Shown here in pieces: positions 59,009 through 64,000 of a stretch of 64,000 bases of DNA. Under the pieces are notes generated by a model. It saw only the letters and a program-made list of their open reading frames with translations, did not search any database and was not told where the DNA came from. The stretch lies in assembly GCA_026196105.1 (NCBI GenBank), contig JAPHRK010000050.1, forward strand, positions 1,455 through 65,454. Direction: 5' to 3'. Origin of the DNA: Rhodospirillales bacterium (GTDB taxonomy: Bacteria > Pseudomonadota > Alphaproteobacteria > Rhodospirillales > JAPHRK01). Positions within the stretch are counted from its first letter, which is position 1, and the number at the start of each line of letters is the position of its first letter. Position numbers and translations under genes: made by a program.

Positions 59009-60553
59009 TTATTCTGCTTCACTGCCCTCGGCTGGTTTGGTTTCTTCGTCTTCAAACCAATGAGCCCGGGCGGCCATAATAATCTCGTTAGCTTTGTCTT
59101 CGCTGACAGAACCCTTTGGTAGAATTTCCATTAGCTCGTCAGAAGCCAAGTCACCGAGATCGTCTAATGTTTTGATGCCTTTTTCACCCAAAGCAACAAG
59201 ATGCCCTGGTAAAATGCCTTCAACACCAGCAACTTCGTCAGTCACACCAAGTTCTTTACGTTTGTCTTCTTGCAGTTCGTCCAAACCTTCAAGGAAAGTG
59301 CGAGCACGAGCACGAAGCTCTTCAGCAACGTCGTCGTCAAAGCCTTCAATGGTTGCCAGATCAGCGCGAGGTACGAAGGCGACTTCTTCCACTTCGGAGA
59401 ACCCTTCGGTTACCAGCAAGTGAGCAATCACGTCTTCAACGTCCAGAGCTTCTACAAACATTTGTGAGAGGCGGTTAAACTCTTCAACCCGACGCTCAGA
59501 TTCCGTGGTCTCGGTCACGATGTCGATGTCCCAGCCCGTCAATTGAGAGCCAAGGCGCACGTTTTGACCACGGCGTCCAATAGCAAGACTTAATTGGTCA
59601 TCCGGAACAACGACTTCAATTTTATCAGCTTCTTCATCAAGAACCACTTTGGCAACTTCTGCAGGTGCCAAGGCGTTCACGATGAAAGTTGCAGGGTCTT
59701 CTGACCACTGGATAATATCGATTTTCTCACCTTGGAGCTCACCGACAACAGCCTGAACGCGAGACCCTCTCATGCCGACACAAGCACCAACCGGGTCGAT
59801 GCTGCCGTCATTAGAAAGAACAGCGATTTTAGCTCTGGAGCCAGGATCACGGGCAACAGATTTAATTTCGATTATCCCGTCATAAATTTCTGGCACTTCC
59901 TGAGTAAACAAGCTGGCCATAAACTGAGGGTGGGTCCGTGAAAGGAAAATTTGAGGGCCGCGCTGCTCTTCCCGAACATCCAGGATATAAGCGCGAATCC
60001 GGTCACCGTTATTGAAATGCTCCCGAGGAATGGTTTCATCCCGGCGAAGGAAGGCCTCAGCTCTTCCTAGATCTATGGTGACGTTTCCAAATTCAACCCG
60101 TTTGATAACACCGTTAATGGTTTCACCAATGCGATCTTTGTATTCATTGAATTGGCGGGCTCGTTCGGCATCGCGTACTTTTTGAACAATAACCTGTTTT
60201 GCGGTTTGAGCGGCAATACGGCCAAAATCAATAGGAGGAAGCGGGTCAACCAGGAATTCACCGAGAACGGCGTCTTCTTTGATGGCTTGAGCCTGCGCAA
60301 GAGTTGCTTGCATCGCTTCGTCTTCAATTTCTTCGACAACTTCAGTGTAACGAGCAAGCGTTATCTCACCGGTTTTTTTGTCGATGGCAGCCCTGATATC
60401 TCTATCGTGGCCATACTTCGAGCGTCCGGCTTTTTGAATAGCTTCTTCCATAGCTTCAAGCACTTCATCGCGCTCAATGCCTTTGTCTCGTGCTACTGCG
60501 TCGGCTACCTGTAGTAGCTCTGGGCGCGGAAGCCCCGCGGTCATATCACTCAT
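59009..60553 (-). CDS. nusA: transcription termination/antitermination factor NusA
   Basis: 514 aa with an N-terminal domain, S1, two KH domains (GACVGMRGSRVQ, AIGRRGQNVRL) and an acidic HhH C-terminal repeat. Confidence 0.97.
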   Translation of the reverse strand: MSDMTAGLPRPELLQVADAVARDKGIERDEVLEAMEEAIQKAGRSKYGHDRDIRAAIDKKTGEITLARYTEVVEEIEDEAMQATLAQAQAIKEDAVLGEFLVDPLPPIDFGRIAAQTAKQVIVQKVRDAERARQFNEYKDRIGETINGVIKRVEFGNVTIDLGRAEAFLRRDETIPREHFNNGDRIRAYILDVREEQRGPQIFLSRTHPQFMASLFTQEVPEIYDGIIEIKSVARDPGSRAKIAVLSNDGSIDPVGACVGMRGSRVQAVVGELQGEKIDIIQWSEDPATFIVNALAPAEVAKVVLDEEADKIEVVVPDDQLSLAIGRRGQNVRLGSQLTGWDIDIVTETTESERRVEEFNRLSQMFVEALDVEDVIAHLLVTEGFSEVEEVAFVPRADLATIEGFDDDVAEELRARARTFLEGLDELQEDKRKELGVTDEVAGVEGILPGHLVALGEKGIKTLDDLGDLASDELMEILPKGSVSEDKANEIIMAARAHWFEDEETKPAEGSEAE

Positions 60554-61050
60554 CGTCCCGCCTTACGTCCTTGTTGTTTCGTTGCTTTGAGGAGGTCGTC
60601 TGTAATAACCAATTTTGCCCGAGAAATATCGGCAAAGGCTACTTTAACCACATCGTCACCAACGTTCATCTTCACAATACCGTCTTCAATTCCGTCAAGG
60701 CAGCCTTTATACCGCTTTTGACCTTCATGAGGACGGGATAACTCAATTTTTGCTACCTTGCCGGAAAACCGTTCAAAGTCGCGTTCACTCACTAAAGGGC
60801 GATCCAAACCTGGAGAACTGACTTCCAGAGTAAAGGCCCCTGCGATAGGGTCTTCCACCTCAAGGATGGCTGAAATCGCCCGACTGATTTCGGCACAGTT
60901 TTCGACAGTCATGGCTTCTTCGTCTTTGCGCTCAGCCATAATCTGCAAAATTCTGCCTTCTTGGCCCATCATCTCAATTCGGACGATATTAAATCCCATA
61001 TCTTCCAAGGTTGGGGCGATGAGGCTTTCGATCTTTGCAGGGTTTCCCAT
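60550..61050 (-). CDS. rimP: ribosome maturation factor RimP
   Basis: 166 aa (LEVSSPGLDRPL). It overlaps nusA by 4 nt. Confidence 0.92.
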   Translation of the reverse strand: MGNPAKIESLIAPTLEDMGFNIVRIEMMGQEGRILQIMAERKDEEAMTVENCAEISRAISAILEVEDPIAGAFTLEVSSPGLDRPLVSERDFERFSGKVAKIELSRPHEGQKRYKGCLDGIEDGIVKMNVGDDVVKVAFADISRAKLVITDDLLKATKQQGRKAGR

Positions 61051-61340
61051 GCTTGCCTTTATCAGTTGTTGTCAATTCTCAAGGTGGGTTTTCCCAAGGT
61101 CTGAACCTTGAAAACTCCTAGCCCATAAACAAAAAAGAAGCGGGCCGATGCCCACTTCCACTTAAACCTGAAGTGCATCCAGGCCTTCAATAAATCTGTG
61201 TTGTGGGTGTTATAAATGAGTTTCGTGGAAACTCAAGTAATATTTGGGATAGATGAGTATCAATCCCTTGCCTCTCAAGCGCCGGGTGTGAGTCTTTGAT
61301 CGCCTGAACACAATAAGCCTTCAGGTTTGCACAGCCAAAA

Positions 61341-62039
61341 CTAGCGCGCATTCCTCAAAAAAGTCAGATAACTGCTTTTAATGCCTTGTTTCAAAGCTTT
61401 CTTTTCGTAACGCGTCTCAGGCCAGTCATCGGGGCGGGTGCGCCAGTCGCTGGGTTTTTGAGCGGTCCATTGGAAACGGTTATCGGCGGTCAGGTGACGT
61501 AAAGCCCAGCGGACATATCCTGTGTGGTCACTGCCGAAGCGTAGTTGGGCATTGTCTTTTAACAAGCGGGCAATAGTGTCCAAGTTCTCTGGCGAGATAA
61601 AACGGCGGCGATGGTGTTTGGTTTTGGGCCAGGGATCTGGGAAGAGAATAAACATTCGACCAATGGAGGCATCAGGTAGAGCTTCAAGCAATGGCCTAGC
61701 GTCATCGTCTAGAATACGGACGTTCTTGAGGTTTTTCTCGTTGATATGATTTAGTGCGCTGGCAACCCCATTGATAAAAGGCTCGCAGCCGATCAAACCA
61801 ATTGTGGGGTTCATTTCCCCTTGGGCCGCGAGATGCTCACCACCGCCAAAACCAATCTCAACCCAGATATCATCGACAGGTGTTTCAAAAAGGCTGTTCG
61901 GATCAAGAGAATCGCCTTGAGACGGGGCAACGACTCTGATGGTTGGTAGGAGTTCATCAACCAATTTTTGTCGAGTTGACCGGAGCTTGTGCCCGCTCCG
62001 ACGTCCATAAAAACGGCGATCTTCTTTGGGGTCAGTCAT
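61341..62039 (-). CDS. trmB: tRNA (guanine46-N7)-methyltransferase
   Basis: 232 aa (EIGFGGGEHL, FPDPWPKTKHHRRR). Confidence 0.93.
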   Translation of the reverse strand: MTDPKEDRRFYGRRSGHKLRSTRQKLVDELLPTIRVVAPSQGDSLDPNSLFETPVDDIWVEIGFGGGEHLAAQGEMNPTIGLIGCEPFINGVASALNHINEKNLKNVRILDDDARPLLEALPDASIGRMFILFPDPWPKTKHHRRRFISPENLDTIARLLKDNAQLRFGSDHTGYVRWALRHLTADNRFQWTAQKPSDWRTRPDDWPETRYEKKALKQGIKSSYLTFLRNAR

Positions 62040-62116
62040 GATTCTATAGGTTCATGCGTCACGCGTAGGGCGTAAAAAAGGATTGGCCGTTACTTTACGA
62101 CCAATCCTAATATTTA

Positions 62117-63283
62117 TTAGCAAGCTTTCTTAATAGCGTCTGCTAAGTCGGTACGCTCCCATGAGAACCCACCATCAGCTTCTGGGGTACGACCAAAGTG
62201 GCCATATGCTGCAGTACGTGCATAAATCGCACGGCTCAGACCAAGGTGCTCACGAATGCCGCGAGGCGAAAGGTCCATAAGGTCTTGCAGAACTTTAGCC
62301 AGCTTGTCTTCGTCAACCTGTCCGGTGCCGTAGGTGTCTACGTAAACAGAAAGAGGTTTGGAAACGCCAATAGCGTATGCAAGCTGAATGGTACAACGGT
62401 CAGCCGCACCAGAAGCAACCACGTTTTTCGCCAAATAGCGAGAAGCGTAAGCTGCTGAACGGTCAACCTTGGTGGGGTCTTTACCAGAGAAAGCACCGCC
62501 GCCGTGAGGGGCTGCACCGCCGTAGGTATCAACAATGATTTTACGACCTGTGAGGCCGGCATCACCGTCTGGACCGCCGATGACGAAACGTCCGGTTGGG
62601 TTTACATAAAACTCATCTTCTGAGCACATCCACCCTTCTGGGAGAACTTTCTCGACGTAAGGACGAACCAATTCGCGAATCTCGTCTTGGGAAAGTTCTT
62701 CAGCGTGTTGGGTTGAAACCACAACTGAGGTCGCCTTAACTGGCTTGCCGTCAACATATTGCAGAGTGACCTGACTTTTTGAGTCAGGCTCTAAGCCTTT
62801 TGCTGCACCGCTGTGACGGGCATCTGCCATTTCTTTCAAAATACCATGAGAGAATGCAATTGGGGCAGGCATCAACTCTTCGGTTTCGCGACATGCGTAA
62901 CCGAACATGATTCCTTGGTCACCAGCGCCTTCGTCTTTGTTGTCGCCAGAATCAACGCCCTGAGCAATGTCAGAAGATTGTGAGTGAACATAAACATCAA
63001 CAGAGGCTTTTTCCCAATGGAAACCCTCTTGCTCATAACCAATATCCTTAACGGCTTTACGGGCTAAATCTTCCATCACTTCTTTAGTGATAGAGGCGGG
63101 GCCTCTTACTTCACCAGCAAGAACAATTTTGTTGGTGGTCGTGAGGGTTTCTACGGCAACACGTGAAAGCGGGTCAGCCGCAAGAAAAGCATCAACGATT
63201 TCGTCAGAGATACGGTCGGAAACTTTATCAGGATGTCCTTCAGAGACGGACTCACTGGTAAATAGAAATTCTGATTGAGACAC
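62117..63283 (-). CDS. metK: S-adenosylmethionine synthase
   Basis: The likely start is the GTG at 63283, preceded by GGAAGGA at a 6-nt spacing. It gives [27 protein letters not shown]..., the canonical MetK N-terminus. The track start (GTG 63352) has no SD and adds 23 non-conserved residues. Confidence 0.93.
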   Translation of the reverse strand: MSQSEFLFTSESVSEGHPDKVSDRISDEIVDAFLAADPLSRVAVETLTTTNKIVLAGEVRGPASITKEVMEDLARKAVKDIGYEQEGFHWEKASVDVYVHSQSSDIAQGVDSGDNKDEGAGDQGIMFGYACRETEELMPAPIAFSHGILKEMADARHSGAAKGLEPDSKSQVTLQYVDGKPVKATSVVVSTQHAEELSQDEIRELVRPYVEKVLPEGWMCSEDEFYVNPTGRFVIGGPDGDAGLTGRKIIVDTYGGAAPHGGGAFSGKDPTKVDRSAAYASRYLAKNVVASGAADRCTIQLAYAIGVSKPLSVYVDTYGTGQVDEDKLAKVLQDLMDLSPRGIREHLGLSRAIYARTAAYGHFGRTPEADGGFSWERTDLADAIKKAC

Positions 63284-63410
63284 AACTGGTCCTTCCAGGT
63301 AAATAGGGTCCAAATTTGTGTGGAAGTTTGGATAAAGGCCATACTTGTCCACTTAGTGCCATTTTTTAACGTGGTGGCAAGCAGCGCAAATCCCCACGAT
63401 TGCTTCAATC
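63284..63410 (-). promoter_or_regulatory. structured metK 5' leader, candidate SAM-responsive riboswitch (class unresolved)
   Basis: The roughly 127-nt leader contains CGTGG...CCACG with loop TGCCA complementary to a downstream TGGCA after an A6 tract. It also contains a CUUCCA...UGGAAG pairing that can occlude the SD. Confidence 0.3.
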
Positions 63411-63455
63411 TTTAAAAAACAACGAGGCCTTTTCGCATCTGGAAAAGGCCTCGTC
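63411..63455 (-). terminator. rho-independent terminator after the XRE regulator gene
   Basis: The minus strand reads ACGAGGCCTTTT-CCAGATGCG-AAAAGGCCTCGT followed by TGTTTTTTAAA. Confidence 0.85.
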
Positions 63456-63581
63456 AAGTGATTAACTTATGTCCTCAATTGCCGGACGGGATCATTCGAC
63501 CCCTTGGACTTACGCGCGAATGTTCGCGCGGGGCCTCGATGGCCCATTCAGGAAGAAGTCTTTTGTTATCTGGTGATAGAA

Positions 63582-64000
63582 CTATTCTTCGTCAGCAGCG
63601 TTGGCTAATGACTTGGTCAGTTCAAACAAGCGTTTACGAACAGCTTCATTGGTTACCCGGTAGTAGGCACGAACCAACTCGAGAGTTTCACGACGGGTGA
63701 GTGGGTCTGCTTCGTCTTCATCTGGATTGATGGCAACAGGGCGACCTTCACGAAGATCATCGTTCATGTCGTCATAGAAGAAAGAGATCGGCACATCTAA
63801 GACCCGGCTTAAATCGTAAAGACGGCTGGACCCAATGCGGTTAGCACCGCGCTCGTATTTTTGAATTTGTTGGAAGGTTAGACCAATAGCCTCGCCAAGT
63901 TTTTCTTGGCTCAGACCAAGTAAAGTACGACGAAGACGAACCCGGCTGCCCACATGAATATCAACCGGATGAGGTTTTCCGGGGACACGGGGCTCAATGT
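63582..64000 (-). CDS. XRE-family helix-turn-helix transcriptional regulator (N-terminus beyond window edge)
   Basis: HVGSRVRLRRTLLGLSQEKLGEAIGLTFQQIQKYERGANRIGSSRL. The frame stays open upstream of the track GTG (IEPRVPGKPHPVDIH...) to position 64000. Confidence 0.85.
   Translation of the reverse strand, partial: IEPRVPGKPHPVDIHVGSRVRLRRTLLGLSQEKLGEAIGLTFQQIQKYERGANRIGSSRLYDLSRVLDVPISFFYDDMNDDLREGRPVAINPDEDEADPLTRRETLELVRAYYRVTNEAVRKRLFELTKSLANAADEE

Noticed and set aside
62117-63352. 411-aa version of metK starting at GTG 63352. The same issue affects the long versions of pnp (53789), rpmI (11902) and ihfB (34648).
   Set aside because: The upstream extensions lack SD sequences and add residues not seen at the conserved N-termini. 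The internal starts give canonical N-termini and have good SD spacing.

Overview
The window looks like a core chromosomal segment of an alphaproteobacterium, probably Rhodospirillales-like. The evidence is alpha-type AddA/AddB, an Irr-type Fur paralogue, and the blocks tsaE-amgK-murU-addB-addA-trxA, aroA-cmk-rpsA-sppA-ihfB and trpFBA-accD-folC. It is about 90% coding, with roughly 57 protein genes and one tRNA-Ala(GGC). The housekeeping blocks are pheST-rplT-rpmI; pyrF-trpF-trpB-trpA-accD-folC; aroA-cmk-rpsA; and a complete rimP-nusA-ylxR-infB-rbfA-truB-rpsO-pnp superoperon followed by trmB and metK. I see no rRNA, CRISPR array, transposase, integrase or prophage genes, and no obvious multi-gene novel system. 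The items most worth follow-up are listed here. (1) A single-gene, membrane-anchored NB-ARC/TPR STAND NTPase (46771-48549) with no recognisable effector domain. (2) A 1161-aa natural fusion of GltD/NfnB-like and PyrK/NfnA-like modules behind an unknown N-terminal domain (13783-17268). (3) A REP-like palindromic repeat family (GTCATTCCCGCGAAAGCGGGAATCCAG) present as inverted pairs in two operon-internal spacers, including a perfect 27-bp inverted pair between infB and rbfA. (4) A roughly 127-nt structured metK leader with an SD-sequestering helix, a possible SAM riboswitch. (5) A hemerythrin-fused chemoreceptor. (6) Two low-GC orphan genes, a lipoprotein and an FkbM methyltransferase, that look horizontally acquired. 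All calls rest on reading the supplied translations and the DNA by eye. No database search was run.
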